A stretch of DNA of 64,000 nucleotides, taken from Utricularia gibba (Eukaryota > Plantae > Magnoliophyta). The notes under the pieces are model-generated. The model did no database searches, was not told the origin of the DNA, and was given only the letters and a program-made list of their open reading frames with translations. Location: assembly GCA_002189035.1 (NCBI GenBank), contig NEEC01000012.1:930001-994000 (forward strand). The letters are read 5' to 3'. A program made the position numbers and the translations under genes. Positions within the stretch are counted from its first letter, which is position 1; every line of letters begins with the position of its first letter. This document shows, piece by piece, positions 37,606 to 50,654 of this stretch.

Positions 37606-39575
37606 ATGGGCAGAAAATCTAGTGCACTGAACATCCCACAATCCGCTCCAAATATTGGAATACGCAAGAATATATCATTTCTTAGGCTAGGGATGGTCAG
37701 ATTCCTTGGGGATCTGGGGAAAGGCCTCTTCCCCAATTTAGTCTTCCCATCCTCATTGCCTATTTAGAAAGTGGCCTCTGATTTCCGCTCCATCCCCTAC
37801 TCGTTCAATTTCTTCATATGACTACAATCCCCCTCTATTGCCTAGCCCCGAATTCGATCTTCTGCTTTACTGCCTTTTTGTTCTATTCGGCGGGTATTGA
37901 TCCCACAATGTCCTTGGTATTCCAGAAAGCTAACTCGCCGATGCATGGGTGTGCTCACTTTCAATTTCGCCAGTTTTGAAGATCATCCCGATTTCATCGT
38001 TCAACCTCCCGATACCCATCATGATTGATGGTCTTTATTTGGGTTGCTCCCCCCATAGGAGCTAGATGGAACTTCCCGATTAAGCCTCCCAATCCCTTTG
38101 AGGTTAAACCATTCGGCCGCTTTCGCCCTTCTAACGAATCTCGAAGAGATGTGTATCAGAGGCTCAGTGAATGCTCTATGAAATATGAGTCCCGATCTCA
38201 AATGTTATCGCGAGATACACTAACCGCTTGGGGGATCCTTGGCCACACTTGGGGAGGGCCATGGTCCGATTTCATCATTCCCCTTGGTTCTGAGTTAGAA
38301 TTTCTTCATCTCTTTCAGTCTCCACCCGATATCCCTGTTATTTTCGGTACACCTCCCACTTCCGATTCAACAAATCCATTTCCCTCTAATCCAGTTCCCG
38401 AATCTTCTGTTCGCCCTTCACCTCAAAGGAAAAGAAACCTTCTTATTTCACAGAAACCTTCAAAAAGGCATAGAGGTAGTTAGGTTCTGCCTCCCTGAAT
38501 GGTAATGCCTTTATCATGTTTCACCGCCTTTCCAACTTTTGCATGCAGCTGAAGAGATGGTACGAAGAAGTGCCCTAGAGGACTCGGCGATGGCTCATTT
38601 CTCAGCTGAGATGCCGAGAATACGGGAGCCTAAGGCGACACTTTCCTCACAGCTTTGTTCCCTATTTATTCACTCTCAATTCCTAATTCTAACCCCTTTA
38701 CCTCTTCCTCTAGGCCAGTTTCCTTGAAGTTCGTCCAGATGTTACCGATTTGACTACGGAAGGAGATCAGGTAGTTGAGGTTCCTGAGACTCGGGAACCA
38801 ACCCCTCCCCGACTTCGGAAAAACGGAAAGGGAGACTATCTCCCTCGCTATACCTGCCGAGGGTCCAACTCCCGGCGTGGGGCCCATTTCGGCTGGCGCC
38901 TCTACATCGGCTCCTCCGAATGATATAGAAAGGAGTCCCACTCCTCCGATCGAGATAAGGGAGGATCCTGCCCAACCATAGTCTTAATTTCTGCCGGAGC
39001 TATGAAGGGTCTTAGAGGAGGCAACTCCAAATATCTCGGGAGCTCAGGCCAAAATTATACTCAAGGGAATTTGACAGGTACTTTTCTTCTTTCTCGGGAT
39101 CATACTTAGCCAGTATCCAACTTGATGACCTTTTTCTCAGGCCTTAACCTTTGGATGGGGAATGGCCAAAGAAATGGAGTCCGCTTCGAAAGAGGTTTCT
39201 CAGCTTCGAGCTCAGGTTGCAACACAAGATGCCAAGATAAAGTCGTTGGGAGAGGAAGGGAGCGCATTGAGGAGTATTCTCGGAAAACGTACCCACCCAG
39301 AAGAAGAGTTAGAAAACCTGCTCAGTGAAATGGGGAAGGCGATCGACGACGCCAACTCCCAAAAGGAGAGTTTGGAAGTGTGTTTTGAGGAGGTGGAGAT
39401 AGATTTAAAGCAAGCCAAGGATCGAATTTCGGCCCTAGAAGCCAAGTTGCTTATTCAGGAGGCATCCCAGGGGAAGCTTTTGGAAGACTTCGTGAACTCG
39501 ACTTGCTTTTCCGAGTTATCAGATATCTATGTAGAGGATCTAATCGGTTTGCTTCTATATCAGCAGCAACGGTAA
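37606..39575 (+). pseudogene. Antisense extra ORF of the Tat element (Transposase_28/'putative gypsy-type transposase'-like N-terminus plus coiled-coil C-terminus), disrupted
   Basis: MGRKSSALNIPTIRS...AYLESGL*FPLHPLLVQFL..PLYCLAPNSIFCFTAF. The C-terminal heptad-rich ORF is 39162-39575. A homologous start is at 63112. Confidence 0.7.
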
Positions 39576-40189
39576 TTCAGTCGAGAATTCGGGCTTTCAA
39601 TCATGGATCCACGCATCGACAAGATAAACTCCCTGATGAAGGATGAGAACATGTTGGATGTTATCGTGAACAAGTTCCAAGCCCCAGAGTTTGGGTTCGA
39701 AGTGGATTGAGAATGCCTAACAGCGCTTGTTTGAGTAAGGATTGGGCAGGAGAATGAGGCCAAGCTGCGGGCGAGGCTACAGGGGCACGTTGGCCTCTCG
39801 GTTGGTCCTCCTACTGATCTCCCTCCCCCTAAACTTTAGTTTCTCTTTCTTTTGCTTTGCTCCCCTAGAGCTAACATTTTGGTCCCCGGTTTGGGGTTTT
39901 TGGATATTTTGGGAGTCACGATTTGGGATTCTTTCCTACATTCTCCTAGTTTTGAGCACATTGCCTTCTGCTTTCTAACAATTGCACCAATTTGCGAATT
40001 GCATGGTTTGCTAGTTACTTAGTTGGACTTTTCTGCCTAAGTATTTGCTACGAATGTAACTCGGAACCTCTCGTAGGATGAGTTGCTTCTTCAATTCGAA
40101 GAGGGCCTCTTCTGGCTGGATTCAAGTTTTCAGGATATAGTCAGTTCTATTTTAGGTGCGTTCGCCATTCCAAGGCTCAGAGGTGCACA

Positions 40190-40840
40190 CCTTACTTAGA
40201 GCTTTTCTGGGGCTTACATGAATGGTTTAGGGGAATCAGTGCCCGAGTTGCACCGAGGCTTACCTTTGTTATAGGGGCTTGGATTTCAGAGATCATCTAT
40301 TTCGGGGGAGCCTCGGGTCGGCTTGTTGTCCCCATCACGGGGCTTAGATTTAGGGGATTTGCAAGGACTTACAAGACTCGGATGTTGTGTGTCCCTTGCC
40401 AGCCATTTGCCTTAGTCTTTTCTTATGGGAGCTGAACCGTTACTAGGTAAGTAGGTCGGAACCACTCTTGGGTTGAACAACTTCCCCAATCCATACGGGC
40501 CCTCTTCTGGCTGAGATCCCATTGTTTTAAACATGTGAATTTGCTTTGGGTGCTCTTGCTGTCTCGAGATTCGGCAATAAGGTGTGAGCCTAAGGGCTTT
40601 TTCGGGGCTTACGTAGACGGTTGCAGGAACCGGCACCCGAGTTGTACCAAGGCTTACCCTTACTACTGAGGCCCTGGTTTGACGGAAGGTATAATTCGGG
40701 GGGAGCCTCGAGTTGGTTTGCTGTGCCCATCCAGGGGTAGACTTAGAAGGTTCTCTTGGGCTTACATGACTTGGCCAGGGCATACGAGTTAGACTTAGAG
40801 AGTTTTGCCTGGGCTTATGTGACTTGGCCAGGACTTACGA
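40190..40840. repeat. Degenerate ~400-bp tandem duplication plus short gggcttacatgacttggccagg repeats in the Tat 3' non-coding region
   Basis: 40210-40380 resembles 40605-40780 (cccgagttgcaccgaggcttacc / cccgagttgtaccaaggcttacc; ggggagcctcg). gggcttaYRtgacttggccagg occurs twice at 40758-40835. Confidence 0.7.
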
Positions 40841-43800
40841 TTTCGTTAATTCTTCTCCACTTTGGAGGAATTTATAGCCACTTGAGTGTTTTAACGAAGA
40901 GAATACCGGAACCTGCAAAACCCTAGGATAGGGAGTGATGTTGAATCGATCAGACGTAGAATTTCCTCAGATGTGATGCATTCCATGATCTTGGGAATTG
41001 CACGCCATCTAGATGCTCTAGCCGATACGCTCCTTTACCGATTACCCTTGAAATCCAATAAGGGCCTTCCCATTTGCAATGTAATTTTCCCACATGTCTC
41101 TGTGGTTGGATGCTTCGGAGTATCAAGTCTCCTTTCGAGAATTCCCTTGGGAACACAGACTTGTTATAATTCTTTTCGGTTCTTCTCTGGTGAGCCCTTA
41201 GTCGGCTGTAAATACTCTGTCTTTTTTCCTCCAGCAACTCTAATTCTAGTTTTCATAGACCAACATTTTCCTCTTTGTTATAATGTTCTACCCTGTAGCT
41301 CTTCAACGTTAACTCAATCGGGCACATGGCTTCCTATCCGTAAACCAATAAGAAGGGAGATTCTTCCGTGGTGGTTCGAGGAGTGGTGCGATATGACCAC
41401 AGCACCTCATCCAAACGGTCTGCCCACGACCCTCTGAAATCCTAAAACTTGGTCTTCATACTTGTCTAAGCATTCGATTTGTTACCTCCATGAGACCATT
41501 GCTCTGAGGATGATATACCGAAGTGAAGTTGTGCTTGAACGAATATTTATCCAGGAACGCATCCATTCTCCCTCAAGCAAATTGGGTTCCGTTATCGGTC
41601 ACTAGTTCTCGGGGTATCCCGAACCGGATGAAAGATATTTCTCCACAGAAATCGAATAATGGTCTCCTTTGATATTTTTGCTACGGCTTCGGGTTCTACC
41701 CATTTGGAGAAATATTTGACTCCCATGATGACAAATTTCCTCTGACCCGAGTTTTGAGGAAATGGCCCCATAATATCCATCCCCCCACCAATCGAATGGG
41801 CACGAGAGTGGAAGAGTGGTTAGATCGTTTATCGGTTTTCTTGGTATGCTTGCATGGTATTGGCATACTTTGCACTTCTTCACCACCTCAGTAATATCTT
41901 GCCTCATAGTTGGCCAATAATATCCGCTTCTCAAAGCTTTTCGGCATAGGGACCGTATTCCGACATGGCTGCCACATTCTCCTTCATGCAAATCGGTTAT
42001 GAGCTCTTGAGAGTGCTCTTTCCCGATACACCTCAATAGGGGTCCATCCAACGCTCTTCGATACAGTATTCCGCTCACCATTATATATCTCTTTGCTCTA
42101 GTCTCCAACTGTCGGGCTTCCGATTTATCGGGTGGCATTTCTCCGTTTTGCAGGTATCGGATGTACGGCAATATCCAATCCTCAAGAGGACTTAGCTGCA
42201 GAGAGATGTCATTTCCTAGTTGCTAGGTAATATTTTTCACTACCCAATCCTCAAGAGGTTGGGTAATATCCAATCCTCAAGAGGTTGGGACTTGATTGTT
42301 GTTCTCGATTTAAATTCAATATCCATCGTATTTAATTCGACCACCCACTTGGCAACCCTTCCAAAAATCTCAAGTCGAGACAAGACATTCTTCAGAGGTT
42401 GATTAATGAACACCACGGTGTGCCGATCTTGGAAATATGACCTCAGCTTGGTGGCTACCATTTTAAGAGCCAAGATGAATTTCTCTGTTACTGTGTAGCG
42501 AGTTTCGGCCGGCAACAAAATCTTGCTCACATAATACACCGGCAGGTGTTTACCTCCTGAGATGGTTGTCAAGACTGCGTTGATCGCAATGGGCGATATT
42601 GATAGATAAAGTCCTAGGGGCTCCCCTTCATTCTAAGCAACAAGATGCCGACTTATCAACCGACCGAGATATGAAACGGCTGAGGGTAGCCAATTTACTC
42701 GTTAGACTCTGGTACTCCTTAATTGTCCTTTGGGGTTACATTTCGCATATTGCCTTAATCTTCTCGGGGTCATCTCGATTCCTCTCTCCGATACATAATG
42801 TCCAAGGAATTTTCCACTTTGCACCCCAAAGAAACATTTTAGTGGATTGAGCTTTAACCTGTACGACTGACATAGAGAGAAACAAGAGTCCAAATATGCT
42901 AAATCGTCTTCTTCATTCATAGATTTCATGATCATATCGTCCACATACACCTCCATCGAGGTACCGATTTCAGAAGAGAATATTTTGTTCACCAACCTCT
43001 GATAAGTCACCCCAGCATTCTTCAAACCGAAGGGCATCGCCACGCAGCAATAAACCCCATCCTTGGTGTAGAAGGTGGTTTTTGGTTGGTCCTTCTCGGC
43101 AACGAAGATTTGATGATATCCCAAATAGGCATCCATGGTGCTCAGGAATCGGGATCCGGCAATGGCATCCACCAGTTTATCAATCTTTGGCAAGGGGTAA
43201 GGATCCCTTTCACAGCAGGCATTGAGGTCGGGGAAGTCGACACACATTTTCCATTTTCCCCAAGGCTTCAGGACGACGACCGGGTTGGCTATCCATTCGG
43301 GGGATATTGGATCTCCTTCACGTTACCAGCTTCCAGGAGCTCCCTTGTTCTCTTTGATAATTCGGCACTTTTCCTTGGAGAAATGCCATTGTTTCTGCCG
43401 AATTGGCTTCTCCCTCGGGTAGGTGTCAATGTGATGCTCAACAATAGATCGATCAACACCTACAAAGTCTACAGCAGTCAAGGCAAAAATATCGGCATTC
43501 TTCATCAAAAGTTCGGCTAACCTCTCCTCGAATCCAATGTCTAAATTGGCTCCAATATGGGTCACCTTCTGCGCATCTCTTGGTACTAGTTGCATTGACT
43601 TGTATTCCACCGATTCCATTGCTTTATTGGGAGGTTCCCGGGGTTCCTTTTCCACCATCATTATCTTCAGCTTCTTCGCATAGGGGTCCCGACAAAAAGA
43701 TACATAACAGGATCAGGCGGCGGGTTGGTCGATATCCAGCATGCAGATGCCCCTTGGTGTTGGAAATTTAACTTTCAAATGCACAGTGGAGGGCAACATA

Positions 43801-46245
43801 CCGAATTGGTTGATGCCGAGTCGGCCGAGGATGATGTTATACGAGACATCCAAATCCAGAATTAAAAACTCTAGTCTTTTGATCCGATTTCGCCCCAATG
43901 CGCCAAATGTCACAGGTAAGGTTATCTTCCCGATTGTTTGTATGGCCCGTTGATCGAATGCATATAACTCCATGCGCATAGGACGGATATCTCCCTCTTT
44001 AGATGCTGCAAGTAACTCGATGACCTCCTTTTTCATAATGTTGCAGGAAGACCCCTGATCAATAAGAATCCTTCTTACCTTGGTGCTTCCGCATATTCCT
44101 GATACCACCAGAGGTTCATTTCGTGTGGCAGGCCGACCGGAATGTCTTTGTGAGAGAAATTGATTTCCTCCTTTTCCCAGCAGCTTTCTAAATAGAACAT
44201 TTCCCGATCTCGAAAACTTCTCCTCTTCTGGCTTCGTCCAAATATCTCTTCCGTGCTTTCATAGATTCATCGATTTCGGTCCCCCAGATATCACATGGAT
44301 TTCTCGAATATAGGGGGGCTACCTTGTATCTGATGGGTGTTTCTTGAACTTTCTAGTACATCTTGTCCTCTTTTGGGGTTCAGTGCCCTACTGGCACTCG
44401 GGGTTTCCCTTGTTGGTTTCGAGGGGGATTTCGGATATCGGTTACCCTCATTCCTTGGATGCTTGCTACGTCCTCTTTTCCATTCTGCTATTGGCGTAGG
44501 GTTCCGTGTCGCATTGCTTGTTCCGCCACCAGCATGATATTGTTCAACCATCCTTCTCATTACCCAATAGTCGACCGTATTGTGACCTATTGTTTTGTGT
44601 ATCTCACAATAGGCATCCCTTCTGTTCGGTTCCACCTGATATATTTCACGGCGCTTATTCGGCTGGGAGGCCCGATTGGTGTGCCTCTCGCTGTGAGGCC
44701 GAACGGATCTCTACACGACTTTTCATCTCGGCCCTAAGGTCTTCATCGACTCGGATGTACTTCATGATTTTCCTTAGCAATTCTTCGAGATTTTTCCTTG
44801 AGGGCTTAGACAAACTCTTTCCCAACTTCAACGTTCCTAGGGCTCGTTTCATTATTTCTACTCTCTCCTTCAAATCTAGCTGAACATCCTACGCTAGGCA
44901 GTTGAATCGGTCAATGAATCTTCTCAAGCTCTCTTTTCGGTGGTCATACCGAATAGAATACAATGCTGTCTTTGAAGGTGGAGCTTTGATGTTGATAGCA
45001 TATCAGGTAGTAAAGAGTAACACCAACTCTCGATAGGATCCCACACTACAGGGTTCCAACTGCTTGAACCACGTCTTCGCTCCCTTTTGGAGCGAGCAAG
45101 CAAATAGCTTACATTTCATGGCCTCCAAATGTCGGACCATGGCCATCCTATGTCGAAATCGGTCACATGAGATATGGGGTCTCCTTTTCGATCATACTTG
45201 GGTAGTTCGTCGGGGACTCTGAATCCCCTCTTTGGCTCTTCCTCGATTTGCTCATCCGAGAAGGGATCAAAGCGCAGCATTAGGGTTCCAGCTGCTCCTT
45301 CAACACTACTCTTCAAGGCTAGGTCAATATCAGCAAGAACATCCCCTCTTCCAGTGCCTACATTTTGTTCGGAGGCATCCCTGAAGCCTCTACTCTCTCT
45401 TCCTCTCGGCAACGTCTGTATGCTGATGAGTCTTCTTCTCTCACGAATCTGATTTAGCTCTCTTTTCAGCTCTTCTTCCCTTTTTTCCAAGATTTCGCTA
45501 GTCACATTCTCTCTATCTGTTCCCGATTCATAGATGACTTGGTTGCGCCTCTTTCTTCGCAACATCTCCTCCTCGGTTTCGGATTCGGCCTTCGTGTCTG
45601 GCGGTATTCCAGAATCAAGGGTTGCTTTTCCGCTCGTCGTGCGGTTTCGGGAGTCCCCTCCTTTGTGTTGGAGTTCATCCCCGAAGGTGCCCTGAAGTCG
45701 AAGAGGATTTCCATCAAAAGGGCCTTCAATTGTTCCCTACTGATGACCATAAGGCCGGGGTCTTGCATGCCAGTGCTTCCTTCATGGACAAAATTGGTGG
45801 CTATGTTATTTTCCACCATGATCAATATGTGATGAGCGGTTTCTGAGTATTTCTTGAGTGGGACAATAGATCTGCCCCACGGTGGGTGCCAAAAAATGTT
45901 GAGGGCAAAATCGGCATTCGAGGTGGAGCCGATTTTCGGGTTACTGGTACAGTTGGAAATACCGCACCTATTCATGCTTCTTTATGTATTCAATGCTGAT
46001 AAGTTCTGTTGCTCAGGGGAAGCTATCTTAATTGTGTGTCATGTCCAAAATAAAGTTCTACACAAGAAAAACCGAGAAAACATATTTGAGAGTGTGAGGG
46101 TGTTTATTAAAAGTCATGTTACCTAATCCAAATAAAAGAAAAATTGGGTCAAAAATATATTTATTTATAAATATGCTGATAAAAGTGATGTTCTTGATCA
46201 TCACACTATTTTGGAAAGAAAAAAAGCCGAATTCTTTGTGATATG

Positions 46246-47931
46246 TGATATTTCAAAACTAGAAATAAAATAGGAGAAAAAGAAAAGGTAGAATAGAAAA
46301 AGATCATATGTTTTAATTAACTCACGACAACAAAAATAAAACATGCAGCATGGTCAATTAGAGAGCGCCATGTGTTTTAATATAGTGTTGACATGTGTTT
46401 CATGCAAATTCAAAAAATGCCATGTGTTTTGATTGTGGTGACATGTATGTTGATTTGAGGAATTATAGATAAGCATGACTAACATTATACAAGGAGCATA
46501 GATGAAAGGAAAAACATTTTTGGAAAAGAAGAAAATGTGGAGGATCTGCTTATAGGGATATCATAAAAATAGTTTTCACCGTTATAAAATTTGGTTTGGT
46601 GAGAGCTGTGTAGCAATTTCAAAATCACAAGATTTCTCAAGTTTATAGCGTAGATGTTTACGAAGAGTTTGGCTTTGGAAGGAGCTGGTTTGGACAAAGG
46701 TGAGCAGGATGATGGTTTTTGAATTTATGTGCTGTGTTTGTGAAGGGTTTGGCTTCTTTGTGTTTCATGACTTTTTTATGCTGATTAGCTATGATTCGTG
46801 AGGTATGCTTAATGTGACATCTCTTTATCCTTTATTTATGTTTCAAAAAGCTATTATTGGTTTGAAGATGGGAGCAGAATGTTATGGGTATATCTTTTAA
46901 AACCTTTGAAATCTGTCAAACCCTAGAAACTGCTTTTTGAGTCCAATCTCTTGATTTCAAATGATTGGACTCAATAAAGCCTTGCTCCCTAGGTTTCAAA
47001 TGATTTTTATTCAGTAATTTTAAATAAGAAAAAGTTCATGAAATATGACGTGGTTTTCATGTGCCTCATGATGTGCTATGAAATTGAAGTACAGTGTTTT
47101 GAAGTAGAAAACTTAGGGGGAGCTGTGCATGCACACTCTTGTATGTCAACCATGCTTGAAGCAACTCTTTATAGAGTTTTAGCCACCAAACGGTATGAGG
47201 TTGAGGAATGGAAAAAGCACAAGGTGGCTGCAATTGTGTAGAGTTGGTAAAGGAGGTGACACCCCTTTATTGATTTCATGAGGCCAAAGTCAAAAGGAAC
47301 TTCTTGATCTTGGTCTCTAAGGTTGCCAGACTAAAGTTACTTAGATCAAGGGGATGCAACCATGCATGTAAATGGTCACATAGTTAATGGACTCATGATA
47401 TGTCAAATGTTATTGTTTATTCTAGTTTTCATATGAACCTTTATTTTGAATGGATATATGCTTGCTCTACATGGTCTTCTTGATTTAATGAATTGCATTT
47501 AGTGCCTTGATCGCTAATTATTCCATGAAATGAACGGAAAAAGCAGGATTGAGTGCTATGATCCAGGTCATAGGGAGAGGGATCTCATTGCCAATCATTT
47601 TGGAGCCTCTTAGTTGTGAACCTAAGTTGGTCGTTCAGAGTAGAGCTCGCATCCAAACTAGTCCTTATGTTTCTAGGTTGTCTTGTGAATCCTTTAAGTG
47701 TTAAGTTTGTGTAGTGAGTCATGTCAGCTAAACTAATATGTTTTCCACCATGTTGTATAATAACTATATAAATTACTTTCTTTTTGCTTCACCTCTTTCT
47801 ATGTGATGTAACCTAAACAAATCCAATCTCCCTATCAGTTTAAGTTGATAGGATAATACGGCCTTATGTTCCTTCTTTGGGAACATGACATCAAGGTCTA
47901 AGTTTATGAGGTGTGAAGTTGGGTCTTGACA
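46246..47931 (+). mobile_element. Solo-LTR-like insertion (~1.7 kb) between copia integrase and RT
   Basis: TG...CA ends (…gttgggtcttgaca). Flanks are ATATG / ATATC. The copia reading FF-[insert]-NIFP resumes across it. The left boundary is uncertain by about 2 bp. Confidence 0.6.
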
Positions 47932-48431
47932 ATATCTTCCCACTTGGGGAAAAGAAATTTGGGACAACTAAGATACCTACTAATAATAGCATGGATTCAA
48001 ATGATGTGCAATTCGTCGTTGAAAATCTAAAAAGAAGTAAAAGACAAAGAATTGAAACCACATTTGGTGATGACTTCTACATATATCTCATAGATAGAGA
48101 GCCTTTAACCTTTATTGAAGCAATTTCTTCCCCTAATTCAAAGTTGTGGAAAGAGGCTATTAACATTGAGATTGATTCTTTACAAAAAAATCAAGTGTGG
48201 GAGGTGGTGGACCTACTACAAGGAGCAAAACCAATTGGCTATAATTGGATATTTAAGAAGAAGCTATATTTAGATGGTATGATTGATAAGTACAGGTCAA
48301 CTATTTTGACACATTTGCTTCATTGTTTCGATTGTCCTCAGTCCGTGCACAAATAGAACGTGCCTTTATCTGCAACTTAGTAATTCACCAAATGGATGTA
48401 AAGATAGATTTTCTAAATGTGCAAGTGCAGG

Positions 48432-50654
48432 TAGAGGTGAGCATGAATATGAGTCAAGTCCTCCACCTAGTGAGTTGACTTGTGACTCGTGGAAACGAGT
48501 ACAAGTAGAGTCTGCATTCATAAATACGAATTGACTTGTCGATTTAATTCAACTTTTTTAACACAAAAAATACTTTGGGTCAAATATAATGGTCCATTAA
48601 TTTTCTATTTCTCAAATCCAATTATTAGGTCCAAGTCAAAACAACAATAGATGTTATCTCATATGTACGGTTTGAAAAAGTGATAGCTCGTGTGGTATAA
48701 ATGGTGAAAACTATATTTTTTTTGCTATTTGTTAAATTAATTCTAATTGGGTCATTGAGAAGAGAATTCTTGGATTTCGACCTTATGATCATCTTCACAT
48801 TGGTCCACGTATTGCTATTTTAATTACTTATATATATCGTGAATATGCTATACTTGATCGCATTTTTTTTATTACTCTTGATAATGCATCTAATAATTGG
48901 AGTGCTATCAAATCTCTGAAAACTTTCATAAATCCTATGTTAGGTGGTGCTTCATTTCATTCTAAATCTTTATGTTACATTTTTATGTGTTCAAAATGCA
49001 TTGCAGATTCCTGAAATTAATACTATACTTAGTTCTGTGTGCAAGTTAGTTAATGTATTAAAAAATTTTAGTGTTAAAAAGAAGCTTTTAAATGTTTGTC
49101 TACGGTTAATGATATTGTATTTAAAACTCTAAAGCATGATTTACCTACTAGATGGAATTTTACTCTTAATATGCTTCGATCTTTTCTTTCACATAGACAA
49201 ATTGTTGAAACATTTATAGTTATGTATGATGATTCAAGGTGTAAAGTTGAGGATGCTGATTTTGATAAATTTGAGGTTTTTGTTAATTTCCTTTCCATTT
49301 TTTTATCATTGTATATTATTATTTAGTAATGTGTATTATCTTACTACTCACTTGGTATTATCAATTTTGATTAGCATTACTTTGATATTTAAAAAATATT
49401 ATAACGATCATTTTCTTGACTATGTTATTCGAAAAATGATTACAATGTTTTTAAAATATTATGTTCCTATTCCTTCTTTGTTGTTAGTAACCAACATGAT
49501 TGATCCTCGAGTTAAAGGATCTTTTATAATTCTCTTAACATGATTGATGTGAATTTGAGTGTTCAAAAATATGCATGAAACTGCTCTTTCAACTTTAGAT
49601 CACTTATATGAATTATATGATCTTAATATGAATGTTGTGAAATTTGGCTAATTAGAGGTTGAGAAGGATAATTTCGTGGTTTCAACCCTAGATGATTATT
49701 GGTCAATGGTGTAAGTTTCTGCTTCTTCTAACATGGGAACAAGAGCTAATGAGGTTGTATTGTATAATGCAATATATCTACTACATGACAACAAAGGGGA
49801 TAATTTTGATATACTTGATTGGTGGAAGAATCAATCCTTTCGTTATCCGATTTCATCATAGGATGCCAAGGACTTTCTCACACCTCTAATTTCAACGGTT
49901 GCTTTTGAGAGCACTTTCAATGCTAGTGGAATAGTTCTTATAGTGAAGAGATCGTGTTTAACACTAACAACTTTGGAGTATTGTGTATACTTAAAGTACT
50001 AGTTGCAAGCTAAACATAAGTTACAAGACCTGATAACAGGTGACAAGGATGATGAAGAACGGGATGATTAGGTAGAAGTTATTGATTAATATGTATTGTG
50101 GTATTTTTCTTTTTTTGTTTTCCTTAACAATAACTTTTAACACCATCAATGATAATCACTATCAATCCCAAGTTTGGATAAAGGAGGAGGGAAATTTTAA
50201 AAGATTTGATTTTTTGTGTTCATATTTTTTTGAATTGATTGATGGAATCATTTGACTTGCAATTGTTCAAAATCCTTTTTTTCTATTTGATATTGATTAT
50301 ATTTCTATAGAGTAGAAATTTTTTCTTAACATTATGTTTTATCTTCTTAGTAAGATTCATTATTTTTTAATTGCATGCTTGTGGAACTATTGAGAGAAGT
50401 ATAAGTAACAATTTTTTCTTTTATCTTCTTTCACATTATACCACTAATATGGTTATGTTTAGTCATTCTTATTTATGTTTTTCTTGCATGATATCATGAT
50501 TTTTGTGATACTTGTGTAACTATTGCTTGGTGACTCGTATACAAGTCAAGTTAAAGGTCAACTCGTGGCAGGTTGGATTTGCTGAGTCAATTCGTTCAAT
50601 TTTGACTCGCCACTCAACTCAAACTCACATGAGTCAGACTCATGTGCACCTCCA
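48432..50654 (+). mobile_element. hAT DNA transposon (DAYSLEEPER/RICESLEEPER-like transposase, pseudogenised) inserted in copia RT
   Basis: TIRs tagaggtgagcatg / catgtgcacctcca. 8-bp flanks agtgcagg / actgtagg. Subterminal GAGTCA/TGACTC repeats. ITLDNASNN, LPTRWNFT, IDPRVK and the dimerisation domain FDILDWWK...ISTVAFESTFNASG are present. Confidence 0.88.

Larger units (their letters stand above)
37074..45985 (-). mobile_element. Tat/Retand-like Ty3/gypsy element, near full length; 3' LTR from 37074, 5' LTR truncated (45897-~45985), PBS tRNA-Lys
   Basis: Both LTR ends start tgttgagggcaaaa...ggcattcgaggtggagc. The PBS at 45874-45891 (gccccacggtgggtgcca) resembles the tRNA-Lys 3' end. Gag at 44300-45560; protease ILIDQGSSCNIM; RT MCVDFPDLN...YPLPKID...MPFGLKNAG...YVDD; RNase H; integrase GHPWC-type zinc region and GPFP/RKFV core; KWEGPY C-terminus. 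Confidence 0.93.
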
